From contig NW_026515700.1 in the NCBI RefSeq assembly GCF_025526975.1, positions 124,001 through 188,000 on the forward strand: a DNA stretch of 64,000 nt, written 5' to 3'. The position numbers and the translations under genes were made by a program. The notes below the pieces were generated by a model. That model saw only the letters and a list, made by a program, of their open reading frames with translations, made no database searches and was not told the DNA's origin. Numbering within the stretch: position 1 is the stretch's first letter; every line of letters begins with the position of its first letter. Origin of the DNA: Fimicolochytrium jonesii. Its lineage: Eukaryota. Below are positions 49,341 to 62,700 of this stretch, one piece after another.

Positions 49341-51482
49341 TCATAGTGACCGTCGCTCGCGTTTCCAATCCTCCACTGCGTTAGCCAGCACAGCCTTGAT
49401 GGCCGACTCGAATTCGTTCGCATGGTCCGAGTTTTGCAGCTGCCCACAACGGAAATTGTGAATCAGATATATGGGACAACGAAAAAGCTTTCATCGGCCA
49501 AATCAGAGCGAGCGCCGGTAGTTACCAGGAGCATGAATTGACCCATCTGCGTAGGATCTTCACTTGAAGGGCCCAAAAAGTGAACATGCTTAGGATCACG
49601 TCGTCCAACACCCATAGCCGGTTGTATTTTGGCATTGAGCAGCAATTTGCCCGTGTAATCCTGGCGCATTACTGAAGTCGGAAGATTAGACTAATCTCGG
49701 GGAATCAAAATGTCGGCCCAAAAAGTGTGTAAGAAACGTACCCAACCGCCCTACACTTGAATCCTCCAACTTCACATTGACGGTTATTTGACCCTTTCCA
49801 CGCTCTCGCCATTGCGTTTTCTCGCCGGATTTGCCGAATTCGAATAGTTTGGCTCGTTTCTGGGGAACATACAGTTGTTTCAACACTGTTAGACGTATAC
49901 CTCCATTGCACTCGGAAGAGACGGTTTGTATTACCTGGCTAAGACGCTCTTCGTCCTCTTCGCCGGATGCATCTGCACAGACAGTTCGGTAAATCATGGG
50001 TTACAGTACTTGTCCCGAGTGAGGGCACTGATTAGTTACCTATCCGAGCTCCCGACTCATTTTTGCTTCGCGGAGTGATCAAAGCAGTTCCATTATCATT
50101 TGAAGTGAAATCATCCGTTTTGTGCCTTTGTGGCGTCGCCAATAGCGTACTGAATGACGAAGACGGCTCCCGCTTAGGGGTATCGCTGTTGTCTTGTCCC
50201 GAAGCTGTGGCGAGCGATGCGAAGCTAGTGGATGAGGTTTGAGCCATGCTCCCAAAGGGCTTCGTGGGCGTAATGGTGGTGGAACCAAAACCGGAGCCCT
50301 TGAAACCACCTCCGAAAACGTAGCCGCTTGATCCGAAGGACATCTTGGATGGCCCACCGAGGGCAGAACCCTGCCCAATTAAATCTTGTGAGAATTGTAA
50401 CATGATGTGGGAATGTCGCAATGTTCAATGTATTACCAAGCTGTTTCTGCTTCCTTCCAAGCTGGAGATTCCTCCTAAGGCGATGGAAGACGGCTTATCA
50501 TCGTTCGTCTTTCCTGCTTGCGACCAGCTGGAACCAAGATTACCCAAAGATGAAGGTTGCACACCCATCGGCACAGAGTGCACACCCATTCCCTTGAATG
50601 GGCTAATGAGGGTGGCAGTCGCCCCCAGCTTCGTAGGCGTTAATGTGGCCGTCGTTAGCGTTGCTGGTTCGTCTTCCAGAAGATCGTCCCACGTGGTAGT
50701 GCTTCCTCCAGATTTTTTCATAAATGGGTTTGAAGGTTTTTGAAAGCTAGTCGAAGTTGATTCAGAGATTGCGTTCTGAGGAGGGTTGAATTAGCGTTGT
50801 TCCAGTCGACTCGTATGCTACGACGCCGTACATACCTTTGATGGAGGCGTCACGTCGGCGCTCTTGGTTTCTATGCGCGTCTCTTCCTCATCGTCCCCAT
50901 CGTCCTTCGTCGGGGTTGCAATACGTTCGGGTGTTTCTATGGGAGTTGATATACCTATCGCTGCTGCCTCAACGATCTGATGTGCGGAAAGTGCGTGTCA
51001 GGGAATGAATGTCACATACACTACCAGCCACTGCGTACCTCGTCTTTATCACTACGACCTGAGTCGGGCGTCCTTGCTCGTTTGACGAAGCTCCCTTTCT
51101 CTGTCGTCTCGTGTTCTTCACCTTCGACGTGTTCACGTTTCCGCTTAGCAGGGCCTGCGCCGTCATCTACACGGATCGTCCAAAGGCTCAGTTAACGCGA
51201 TGGACAACAACCGGACCAACGCCTTACACAGATGGGTCTAGGGATTCACAGAGAGATCGTATAATACCTTTAACGTCTAGCAACGCCTCCCCAGAAGAGG
51301 GATCGTCAGGGATGTCGGGCTGTGGCTAACATGCAAAAGGTTAGGCTTCTGAGCTTGGGAGAACTTCGGGGGGAAGCCCTTACCGTGCCCTTCTCCGAAT
51401 CTACGAGCACAGGTTCGGGCGCAGAGGTCTGCTTCGCCGTGGCGGCGGTGAGTTGTTCTTCCGGATGGAGCTTTTCCGTCAT
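49341..51482 (-). CDS. Ran-binding-domain protein with FG motifs (Yrb2/RanBP3/Nup2-like), multi-exon
   Basis: FG-rich segment (SFGSSGYVFGGGFKGSGFG), then GEEDE..RAKLFEF..WRERGKG and VMRQDYTGKLLLNA. The start MTEKLHPEEQ at 51482 is inferred from a GTAAG donor. Confidence 0.8.
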
Positions 51483-51745
51483 ACTGTATTGTTCGAAGTG
51501 ACGGTAGAGAAAGCTCTTCGCAACTGTAAACGGAGTTCAAATGGGGTTCAAAACTTTCACATGGTTCACAGACTCACAGTTGTTCAAACGCGTGGGCTGC
51601 CCAAGTCCGTAGCTCTTTCGCTCACCCGGGTGAGGACAACAACGGCGACTTTTTCCCCACCTCTAGACATAGTCCCATCGCTGCGTGCTATCTTGCTATC
51701 TCGCTGGGTGCACAGCAGCAGCAGACCCACTTCCACCTTGTCCAC

Positions 51746-51779
51746 AACCCTAACCGGTACCCTAACCCTAACCCTAACC
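51746..51779 (-). repeat. Interstitial telomere-type repeats (AACCCT)n, degenerate; possible telobox site
   Basis: AACCCTAACCGGTACCCTAACCCTAACCCTAACC lies about 270 bp upstream of the RanBD gene start. Confidence 0.75.
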
Positions 51780-52054
51780 GCCGCCGACACTGACACCGAC
51801 GACGAGGGCTTTGACAAACTTCTATTACCTTCCCACTATAACACTAACCCGCTTCTTCGAAGTACCCTTGGAGTTGAGTTGCGGTATGTAATCCTCCCAC
51901 ATCCCTCCCACCTATTTACAGCTTCTGTCTACCTACAGCTCTCACAGGCTACTGTCAATCCAAATGCTCCCCAACCTGTGCCCTTCCTCCATACGCTGAA
52001 ACATCAACGCCAACGCATCTCATGAAAGACCAACAGCATCCCCCCATCCCCGCA

Positions 52055-54329
52055 TCACCCACCCCTCCTCCTCGAAATCTCCCCCTCCAACTCCTCCAAA
52101 CCAACCCTCAAACTCGCCGCATCCTCAAACTTCCTCCTCCTCAACGCATCCCCCAAAAACCCCTCCACCAACCGTCGCTGTTCCTCCAACACCCGGATCT
52201 CGTCATCATTCTGCGATGAGGATGAAGGGACGGCGGGAAGGGCTTTGTTGGGGGTGGTGATTTTGGGCATGAGTTGCAGCGTAAACATGTGGGTTTGAAG
52301 GAAGGTGATTATGGAGAGGTGGAGGGCGGTTAGGAGGCGGGTTGTGGTGGGCGTGGGCGTGGGGTGGGATTTTATGCGTTTTCTAGGGGGCGGGGATGAG
52401 GGATAGAGTGGGTGGGTGGGAGGAAGAAAGAAGGGGGGAGATGGGTGAGGATGTGAAATAAATCATGCATATGTGTTTTGATGGGTACGAGACATACCCC
52501 AATTTGTCGAGCTCTGAGAACCATTCCATCAGATCTTTGCGGTACTTTGACGCCAGCTTGTACTCCGGGTCATCATACTCCGTCACCACGCGATTCCTAA
52601 ATCCGAAAAGTAAGAACCCACCCCCCCAAACCACCCTCCAAAACTATTCATATCACATACGCCATATTCATTAACAGGTTATTAAACTTCGGCAACACTT
52701 CAGTCACAGAAGCTTTATACCGCGTCATGGCACGGTACAGTGCTGCTATGGCGGTTGCAGTGGGCGAGTGTATGTTATTTCGTCGACGGGAGATGGTGCG
52801 GTAGCAGTCAGGGCAGGCGCGGATTGTTGGGGCGTCTGGTGTTGGTGGTCCTAAATCCAAAAAAAAACAGGTCAGGTGACGTAGAATCGGTGAATCTCTG
52901 TCTGATGCGACTTGACACATACCACCAGTGAGCGACAACTCTTTGGAACACGTCTCCAGCCCACAGATGACCCTCCCGCACAGTCGACAATGATGCCGTC
53001 GATTCACAAAGCTTCCAAACTGCGAGTGGCAGAACGGGCATTCGGTTACGCTACTGTCATTTTCCCAGGCTACAATTGCTTGTTCGCCTACGCGGAGGTG
53101 CATCAGTGGGTTTGAAAGGGGTGATGGTGGAGGGATGAGAACAACTTACGGATGCGTATCCTAGCCAATGTCTTTGTCGACAGCGACGGCCGTTGTCCGT
53201 TCGTGGTCGGAACCAGTGGGTTCTCCTCGGCGTAGATCGTGTTGAGCTGGTCTCCTACACCCAATGAGTACACTATCCAACTCTCAACCCCTGTCTGCCG
53301 AAAGCCACAAACATTCCCGAACCGAAACACACCTTCTCCAACCGCTTCTCCAACTTATTCACATCCATCTGCATCGTATCAATTCTCGCCTTCCGTAACC
53401 GTAGATACAGCTTCGTTCTGCTACGCGACACCCCGACAGAGTCCTTATAGCCTGCCCGTGATGTAAAGCATCGTTCGCAGACGCGACACCATGTGCCTGA
53501 GGTTGGGTCCGGGAGGGCGGAGGGGGAGAGCTTCATTTGGTAGGAGGAGTGAGTGTCACAGTGGAGGCGGCCGCATCTGGTCAGGGGGTGTCAGGAATAA
53601 CTTTGCAGCGAGCAACCGAGGAGTAGAATCTGACCCCCTCACGAGATGTACGTACTTCCGGCAATGGTGTCTCCCTGTCCTTAAACTCAACACCTTCCCA
53701 CACCCATCCGCCGCACACCGATCATTGGGGCCATCCTTCTGCCAATGCGCCCTGCTCACCCTCGCCTCCAACTCCTTCGCCGTCGGTGTCCCCACCCCAC
53801 TCCCACCGGGCGACCCCACACCCCCTTCCTCCCCATTCAACTCAAAAGTCCCGCCTACACCCCCTGTCGTTGCCCCAACAACCCCCCCAACAATCCCCTC
53901 CACGCCCTTAATTGACTGTTGTGTGATACTCAGCGTCCCCGTAGCGGCCCTCGTCAAAGACGGCGCGACCCGCCGCTGAGCGGCTTTGAACCAGGATAAC
54001 ACGGCGTCTTTTGTGCCGTCGTCGTCGGAGGAGGTGGGTTGGATGTGCTCGTCGTCGAGGTGCCGGTTGAGTTGGGATAGGTGGAGCATTGTTTCGCCTG
54101 TGTGGATGTGACATGGGTGGTGAGACATACCCACCCACCACGCACTTTTCAGTTGGTCGGAAAAATCACTTTGTACTTTGCCACACCAGCCATACTCACC
54201 ACAGATAGGACACGCAACACCCTCCACCGGCCCGTCCATCCCGACGATCAAATCGCCAGCGCTCATCCCGTCCACATCGTCGTCGGCTGGGTCCCGCGGC
54301 AGCCGGACGAGGCGGGGCGTTGTGCTCAT
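52055..54329 (-). CDS. PEP7: Rabenosyn-5/Pep7 (Vac1): C2H2 finger, two FYVE domains and a C-terminal Rab-binding helix, multi-exon
   Basis: CPIC..LNRHLDDEH; HWQ..C..GRHHCRKC; WEND..CPFC..RRHHCRLCGRVIC; LEEQ..LV..A..RRKFEDAASL. Confidence 0.9.
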
Positions 54330-54514
54330 TCCTTTTGTCGTGGTGCCGTTGAAGTGTAGGCTGCGGGCAGTGCGAGGACAGTTGAGGGCGATGATGTTGT
54401 TTTCTGTCGTTTGCTACTCTCCTGTGCTCGCCCTCACCGTTTACTCCATCTCCATCGTCTGCAACTTGGTCTGCAACCCCATGGACATTGCGCCCGCGCT
54501 TTCGGAAAGCCTTC

Positions 54515-54616
54515 CAGTTAGGGTTACATGGGCGAGCAACAGCCAATCACAGGCTTGCGCGCGAATTAACTTGCAGTTAGGGTTACATGTTTCACATAGG
54601 GGCGTGTGATTGGCTG
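54515..54616. promoter_or_regulatory. Structured element in the divergent PEP7/GAD1 promoter: duplicated telobox and inverted CCAAT boxes
   Basis: CAGTTAGGGTTACATG at 54515-30 and 54574-89; CAGCCAATCACA at 54540-51 and its reverse complement at 54605-16. Confidence 0.55.
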
Positions 54617-54907
54617 GCTAGATGTCCTAGCCAGATAGTTCTGTGAGGCGCGAGGGAGGCCAAATCGATCATTCCATGCGGCCACCGACTGCGCTTCTGA
54701 CGGGAGGCTTCTCTGCTGCTGGCTTCCACTTCTTGATGGACTACGTCATGACGACTGTGGGAATCGAGAGGTCTTTCAAGAGCATCTCTCGTTACAGTAT
54801 ATATACCCTAGATCACCCCTGCCTCGCCCTTGCCATCCAGCTTCACAACCACAAGCAGTCCTCGGCCTTCACATATCTCACACTCGCACTCCCACAACAA
54901 CGCAACC

Positions 54908-56887
54908 ATGGTCTTCCTTCAATCCACCGGCGAGCCCACCATCAAGGAGAACGCTCACATCAAGCCGGACATCTATCCCAACCGTGCTGTCTATGGCTCA
55001 AACTACAGCAGGAACCCCATTCCGAGATACTCGATGCCCGAGGACGAAATGCCCCCTTCTACCGCTTACCAGTTCATTAAGGATGAATTGGCGCTCGACG
55101 GGAACCCCATCTTGAACTTGGCGACGTTTGTGACCACTTATATGGAGCCCGAGGCTGATAAATTGATTGCTGAGAATATTTCGAAGGTACGCGAAACCGA
55201 GTGAGCGACCGCAGCGTAGCGAGGTCGATCAGAGCGAGGGGCGAGCGGGGCGAGCGGGACGAGCCACATTGCGCCAAAGCCGCAAAACTCCCCTAATAAT
55301 TGGAGTTTGTTGATAATGGTTGATGGTTGATGGGTTAATGGTTGACCATTCCTTTCTGATTTGATCTACAGAACTTCATTGACGCGGAGGAATACCCCAT
55401 GTCCGCCGAACTGCAAAACCGGTGCGTGAACATGATCGCGCGCTTATTCAACGCGCCCGTCGGCAAAGGCGCAAACGCCCTCGGTGTCTCGACCATCGGG
55501 TCCAGCGAGGCCATCATGTTGTCCACGCTCGCCATGAAGAGGAGGTGGCAGCAGAGACGCAAGGCGGAGGGAAAGTCGACTGATAAGCCGAACTTGGTTA
55601 TGGGGGCTAATGTGCAAGTTTGCTGGGAGAAGGTGAGGCATCGGCGATCACTGGTCTATTGCCTTTTCCGACCTGTGTCTCATTATGATGTAGGCTGTGC
55701 GGTATATGGAGATCGAGGCCCGCTACGTGAACTGCGACGAGGAGCATCTCTTCCTCAACCCAGAGAAAGCAATCGGACTCGTCGACGAGAACACGATCGG
55801 TGTCTGCGCCATCCTCGGCTCAACGTACACCGGTCACTATGAGGACGCCGAAAAGATGAATGGTGCGTCTGAACAGCGGATGAGTGCTCGCCACCCTTGT
55901 CTCCTTGAGCGAAGCGACTAATTTTCCCACACATACAGAGCTGCTTCTGAAGTTGAAGAAAGAAAAGGGCCTCGACGTCCCCATGCACATCGACGCAGCC
56001 AGTGGAGGCTTTGTCGCCCCCTTCGTCGCCGAGGATCTGAAATGGGACTTCAGACTCGAGACCGTCGTGTCCATCAACGTATCCGGCCACAAGTACGGAC
56101 TCTGCTACGCCGGTATCGGATGGGCGCTGTGGAGGTCTCCCGAATAGTAAGTGGCACAAATTCGCCAGAATGCACCCATCGTCTCGCTACTGGTACTTAC
56201 GAATATATTGTACAGCCTCCCCGACGACCTGGTCTTCCACATCAACTACTTGGGCGCCGACCAAGCCTCCTTCACCCTCAACTTCTCCAAAGGCGCCTCC
56301 CCGGTGATCTCACAATACTACGTGCTAATCCGGCAAGGAAAAGCCGGGTTCCGCGCCATCATGGAGAACCTCTACATCAACACCAACTACCTCGCCGACG
56401 AATTGGAGGCTACGGGACGGTTTAAGATTTTGAGCGCGAGGGATCCGAAGAAAGGGTTGCCGCTGGTGGCGTTTTCGTTGAAGAAGAATGGGGGGCATCA
56501 TTTCAATGAGACGGATATCAGTCATGTCTTGAGGCAGAGGGGGTGGATTATTCCTGCTTACACCATGGCTGTGAGTGTACCTTGTTTGGTCAGCTTATCC
56601 CGATGAGATGATCGGAAGATATTAACTTTACATCCCCCTTTGAATTTTAGCCCGACGCCCAGAAGATTTCCCTCCTCCGCGTCGTCCTCCGCGAAGACTT
56701 CTCCCGCAACCGCTGCGACCTCCTCGTCGCCGACCTCAAAGCCACCGTCGAGTACCTCGACAAGCAGGACAAGCAGTGGATCCAGAATCACCGTGACAGT
56801 CGGGGCCAGTGGCACTCGCTGTTCAAGAAGCTGCCGAAGCATGTCGTGGAGAATAAAGCGGAGAAAGATTCCGGGAAGGTGTGCTAG
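54908..56887 (+). CDS. GAD1: Glutamate decarboxylase (PLP-dependent), multi-exon
   Basis: [59 protein letters not shown] and [10 protein letters not shown]. Confidence 0.96.
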
Positions 56888-57278
56888 GGACACTGTCGGA
56901 CGGTTGGTGGAAAGATTCGGCGTAGCCTAGGTAGCTTTTTTCCATCTTTTCAATAGGTGCACTCACTTTTTTTTTTGCATACGTTTGGAAACTGATACTT
57001 GAATATACGAACTGTTCGTATCGTATCGTATCGTATATGTGTTCGTTGTGAATCATGGTTTGCCCATGGTGAACGTGAATTTGAAGAGAGGATATGATGG
57101 TAAAGACGATATACTTGGCGCGAGATACCGCGTTTCCCACTCGTACCATTGACTACATCGCTTTGTCATTCAATCCACCTCTATTCCTCACTCGCCACCC
57201 CCTTGTTTCCCACCCTGGCCCCATGTCTTCCACCCCCTTGCCTTGACCAACCTCCTCGACGCCTCATCGACCTCCAAC

Positions 57279-58116
57279 TGTTATGGACGACGCGCCCATA
57301 CCATAAGCTTACCTACTGACAGCCGCCAATGTCAACCGCCAAATGTCAAACGCCAATGTCAATGTCAATGTCAGTGTCAATGTCAGTGTCAATGTCAATG
57401 TCAATGTCAGTGTCAATGTCAATGTCAATGCCACTCCCCCTCTCTCCTCTCATTTCGCCAATCCTCTTGCAATATCGCCACTCCTCCTCTCTCCTCTCAT
57501 TTCGCCAATCCCCCCTCGGCTTCTCCACACCCCCCACTACTTCCCCATAGCCAGCAGCTGTAGCAATGCTCTCTACGCTCGCCACGCACGCTCTAGGAGC
57601 ATAGCTGACGCCCCCCCAGTCCCCTCTTGTTGTTGTTGTTCTCTGATCTGCTGGGTTGCCTATCTATAAATAGCCGGCCTCTCTTCGTCCGTTCCCTTCC
57701 TCCCCAGCAGATCAACACCAGTTCTTCTCATCTCCTGTTCTAGTCCTTGTTTCTTGTTTCGCCAATAAAATCTCTTGTCGCCTATCACTCTCGCCCTGTC
57801 TTCTCTACTTCGCTTCCGCCTCCGTCGTCGAGGTCATAACAGTTTGATCTGCTCCAACACTGCGAAGTTCAGAACCCGTCCAGCCCTGCATCCGACAAAC
57901 CTTTTTCGCCATGTCCCAACCCGAATCCGTACCTTTCACCGCCAAGCAATGGAACGATATGTGCCAAGCCATCGCCGCCTTGCAAAGCCAAAACGCCAAC
58001 TTGCAGGCCAACCTAGCGCAAGCCCAAGCCGACGCACAAGCTGCCCAGAGCATCGCCGCCCAGGTTCAAGCCGATACGTACACCCGTCCCCAAGCCACCA
58101 ACCCTGCTCTGGAGCC
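57279..58116 (+). mobile_element. Truncated Ty3/gypsy element A: 5' LTR (57279-57841), PBS and gag start (57911), interrupted by element B
   Basis: TGTTATG...CATAACA termini; PBS GTTTGATCTGCTC; the gag stub MSQPESVPFTAKQWNDMCQAI is homologous to gag of element B. Confidence 0.85.
57354..57430 (+). repeat. Hexamer microsatellite (AATGTC/AGTGTC)n inside LTR A
   Basis: About 12 tandem units seen directly. Confidence 0.95.
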
Positions 58117-58697
58117 TGTTATGGACGACGCGTCCATACCATGCGCTTACCTCATGACAGCATCCCAACAGTCAGTCAATGTCAATTCCCTGTCAAAACC
58201 TGACATCTGCCAAACCTCGCAGCCGCACGCAGCCGCGCTACCCCACACCTGCCACTGCCTTCATTTCTCCACGCAGCCGCACGTAGCCACACCTCCCAAC
58301 ACTCGGCGCTTACAAACCCTTCTCCATACTTCCCCACGTACCCGCCCACAGCCTCAGCGTAGCCACCCCATCCCCAGTCTTCTGTTTCTATGCTTCCCCA
58401 CCCTTGGCGCTTCTCTTGGCTTCCCTCTCATTCCGTACCCTTCTGCTTCCCCACGCTTCCCCAGCCTTCCCAGAAAAACATAAATAGCCGCCTCCCCTGA
58501 GCTCCCCACTTCCTGATCCCCAAGCAGATCAACACCAGTTCTTCCTAGTCTTGTTCTAGTTCTTGTTTCGGTCTGAATACCATTACCTGTCAACAACCTG
58601 CACCACAAGTCGCCTCTATTTCCACCGGCTCCGCCCATTCATAACAGTTTGATCTGCTCAACAACCCCCAGCCGCTGTGCCTCCACGCCAAATCACC

Positions 58698-59623
58698 ATG
58701 TCCGACGCCCTTCCCCTCACGGCCGAAGCCTGGCAAACCATGTGCAATGCGATTGACGAACTTCGAGCGCAGAATACCACCCTACAAGCCGAAAAAGCGC
58801 AAACCCAGACCACTGCCCCTGCCACTCACGCCCCCGAACCCAAAATCAGTCTCCCAGACAAATTTGATGGCACCCGAAGCAAGTTCCGTGGGTTCCTCAA
58901 CCAGATCCGGCTCATGTTCGCCCTCCAACCCAGGCGCTACCCAAACGATCAGACCAAGATACGAACTATTGGCACCTACCTCACTGGCACCGCCCAGGCC
59001 TGGCTGGCGCCCCTTGTCGAACAAGACCATCATTCCCTTACGAACCTGGATGATTTCATCCAGCAAATGCAAGCAGTCTTTGGAGACAGCGACAGGATCC
59101 GCACGTCTGAAAACAAGCTCCAGAACCTTCGACAAACCCATGCAGCAACAGAGTATGTAGCTGAATTCCGACAGCTGCAATGCGATGTGTCGTGGAATGA
59201 CCAGGCATGATTGCCACCTTCCGTCGCGGCCTCAAAGAAGACGTCAAGGACTTAATGCTCACGATGCCCCCTACCGCCTCAATTGACACCGTGATGGAAC
59301 AGGCCATCCAATGTGACAACCGATTGTTTGAGCGCCGTCTAGAGCGAAGCAGGAACCAACAGCCATATGTGCCAGTTACCACTAGCCCCACCCTCATGAG
59401 CCCCGACAACCGCCCAGACGACCCTATGATCATTGACGCTGCTCGTCCGCGAGGACCCCTCACACCGCTAGAGCGCCAACACCGCATCACAAACAAACTT
59501 TGCCTCTACTGTGGTAAACCCGGCCACATAGCCAAACTCTGCCCGAACAAGATACGCACGGCAAATGTCGCGGTTAAGGAACCTGCACCCATCCAGGATT
59601 TTGCCCAAGTCCAGCTGCAGTAA
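58698..59623 (+). pseudogene. gag: gag with CCHC zinc knuckle, frameshifted near 59208
   Basis: PEPKISLPDKFDG..F; L.QT...EYVAEF; CLYCGKPGHIAKLC; split over two frames. Confidence 0.9.
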
Positions 59624-59781
59624 AGGCCGAGCAGCTGGGCAACACCTGTCCTGGGCCTTCTCACCACGCAAGTACTGCCAAGGGAGAAGCCACAAAACCT
59701 TGCTCCGATCCTGGCATCTCCAGCAACACCCTTCTCCTGACCACCAACAATGTCAATCTCCTATCTGAGATACCCTCACCC

Positions 59782-62700
59782 ATGCGGACTTTGGGCCCAT
59801 CCTCACCATTCGAGTACCCTGTTACCCTGCAGATATCGGCCCAGCGAGCTCCAGTTCAGCTTTCAGCACTACTCGACACCGGTGCGATGTCGTGCTTCAT
59901 CGACGAAAGTTATGCCCGCAAGCACCGCATCCCACTTGTCAAGAAGGAGGACCCCATTGCGCTTGAACTGGTTGACGGACGTCCCAGCCATGCGGGCTCC
60001 ATTACCCATCACACCCAACCTTTGGGCATGTGGGTCAACGACCATTTTGAGGAGGTGGTATTCCATGTGACATGTTCCCCGCATGCGCCAATCATCCTGG
60101 GCTTCCCTGGTTTGAGCTCCATGATGTGGAGCTACACTGGAAGACTCGCACTCTTTGCGTCCGCTGCCATTGCGGTTTTGGACAATACGCCTCCTGGGAT
60201 GCCCTGCCAACAGAACCTAGCCCGAAGCCCTCAAAAACCCCTGAACCTCTGATCCGTATCCATCAAGACGAGATTTCAGTCTCCCTAGCCCAGACACCCA
60301 ACACACTGGACCCAGCACCCACACCGACCCACGTATCGTTTATCAGTGCCCCAGCTTTCCGTGTGGCGGCAAGGCATGACCAGGCATTCATTGCCTACGC
60401 CAATCCGACCAAGTCAGATTCCCAAGCCCTGGCGACCTTTCCTCCAAAAGATCCGAAGGCCATCATTCCTGAAGAATACCAAGATTTTGCGGACGTCTTC
60501 GCCAAGAAGAACGCGGATACCCTCCCAGAGCACCGACCCTACGACTGTCCCATCGACTTAGAAGAGGGCAAACAGCCACCGTTCGGCCCGATCTATAGTC
60601 TCAGCGAGCCTGAAATGCAGGCACTCTGTGACTACCTTGAAGAGAACCTAGCTAAGGGGTTCATCAAGCACTCCAAGTCTCCCGCCGGTGCCCCAGTCCT
60701 CTTTGTCAAGAAAAAGGACGGTTCCCTCCGTCTGTGCGTCGACTATCGTGGACTCAACAATATCACCATCAAGAATCGCTATCCCTTGCCCTTGATTAAC
60801 AGCATCATGGATCGTCTTCGAGGGGCACGCCGGCTCACCAAGATTGACCTCCGGGGAGCCTACAACCTTCTTCGGATCCGGCCAGGGGATGAATGGAAGA
60901 CAGCGTTCCGATGTCGCTACGGCCTATTCGAGTATAATGTCATGCCGTTTGGGCTCACCAATGCCCCTGGAGTATTCCAACACCTCATGAACGACATATT
61001 CCGTGACATTCTCGACGTTTTTGTTGTGGTCTACCTTGACGACATTCTGATCTTCTCAAAAAACCCAGAAGACCACCCCAACCACGTCCGAGAGGTGCTC
61101 TCACGACTCCGCCAGCACGGGCTGTATGCGAAACCGGAAAAATGCGAATTCAACCGTGACTCTGTTGAGTTCCTGGGGTTTATCATCTCCAGCAAGGCAT
61201 TTCCATGGACCCAAAGAAGACGGCTGCCATTACCGAATGGGAACCCCCAACGAATGTCAAAGGCATCCAGCGCTTCCTTGGTTTCGCCAACTTCTACCGG
61301 CGATTCATCAAAGGGTACTCTGCGATCGTTGCACCCCTGACCACGCTCACTCGCAAAGACTTGCCCTTCAAATGGACCCACGCTGCACACCTAGCTTTTG
61401 AAACCCTCAAGAAAGCCTTCACCTCTGCACCTATCCTGACTCACCCCGACCCTGACAAGCCCTTCATTGTCGAATCCGATGCCTCCGACTTTGCCCTTGG
61501 CGCCGTCCTCCTTCAACCCGATGACACAGATCAACTCCACCCCGTGGCCTTTCACTCCCGCACATTTACTCCTGAGGAAATCAACTATGAGATCTACGAC
61601 AAGGAACTCCTGGCTATCCAAGACTCCTTTGCGACACCACCTCATTGGTGCCCGCCACAAGGTCATCGTTTACTGTGACCACAAGAACCTCCAGTACTTC
61701 ATGACTACCCGTACCCTCAACCGCCGCCAATCCCGCTGGTCAATCTTCTTTGCTGATTTCGACTTTGTCATCACATACCGCCCTGGTACCCAGCAACACC
61801 AAGCTGACGCCCTCTCTCGTCGCTCTGAATACGAGCTAAGGGAGGGGGAAGAAGCATTCCGCTCCCAGGAAACCACGATCCTCACCCCTGACCATCTCCG
61901 CCTGGCCGCCACTTATCTGACCCCACTGGACTCCTCGCTCCTTGACCAAATCAAAGCTGCCCTGGCATCCGATGTGTTTGCGCAAACCATCCGGCGACAG
62001 CTTAGGGCCCCCATTGCCCAGCAATCTCAAGAAGATCAAGAACGGATAAAGCGATTCTCCGAGGAAAATGGGGTTCTGCTGTACGACAACCTTGTCTACG
62101 TCCCCACCAACAAGCTCCGTGCTGAGATCTGCCGGGACATGCATGACACGCGTTTGGCAGGACACTACGGCATGTCAAAGACCCTGGAGCTCATCTCACG
62201 CAACTACTGGTGGCCTAGCCAATGGCGTTTTGTCAAGTCCTACATCAGGTCCTGCGACGTATGTGCTCAAGCCAAGACCGGCAGACACAAGCCCTACGGT
62301 CTCCTCCAACCCCTGCAGGTCCCTGACCGCCCCTGGGGGTCAATTTCCATGGACTTCATCACGGATCTACCCGCCAGTGATGGGGTTGATTCTGTGCTTG
62401 TTGTCATCTGCCGGTTCACCAAGATGGCGCACTTTGTACCGTGCAGGAAAACTGCCACCGCTGAGTCAACTGCAGATCTGATCTGGCACCATGTCATCCG
62501 GCTCCATGGACTCCCCGACGATATTGTATCTGACCGTGGCCCACAGTTCAACTCCCACTTCTGGAAACGTCTCTTCGCTCTCCTGGGAACCAAGGTCAAC
62601 CTCTCATCGGCGTTCCATCCCCAGAGCGATGGACAAACCGAGTGGACCAATCAGATTCTTGAGCAATACCTTCGCTGCTTTTGCAACTATCAACAAGATA

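Noticed and set aside
57243..57669. ORFs with QCQCQC, MSMSVS or NVNVSV repeats
   Set aside because: They are translations of the hexamer microsatellite within LTR A, not proteins.
58647..58665. tRNA-primed PBS
   Set aside because: It lacks the TGG start complementary to tRNA CCA and is better explained by self-complementarity to the LTR.
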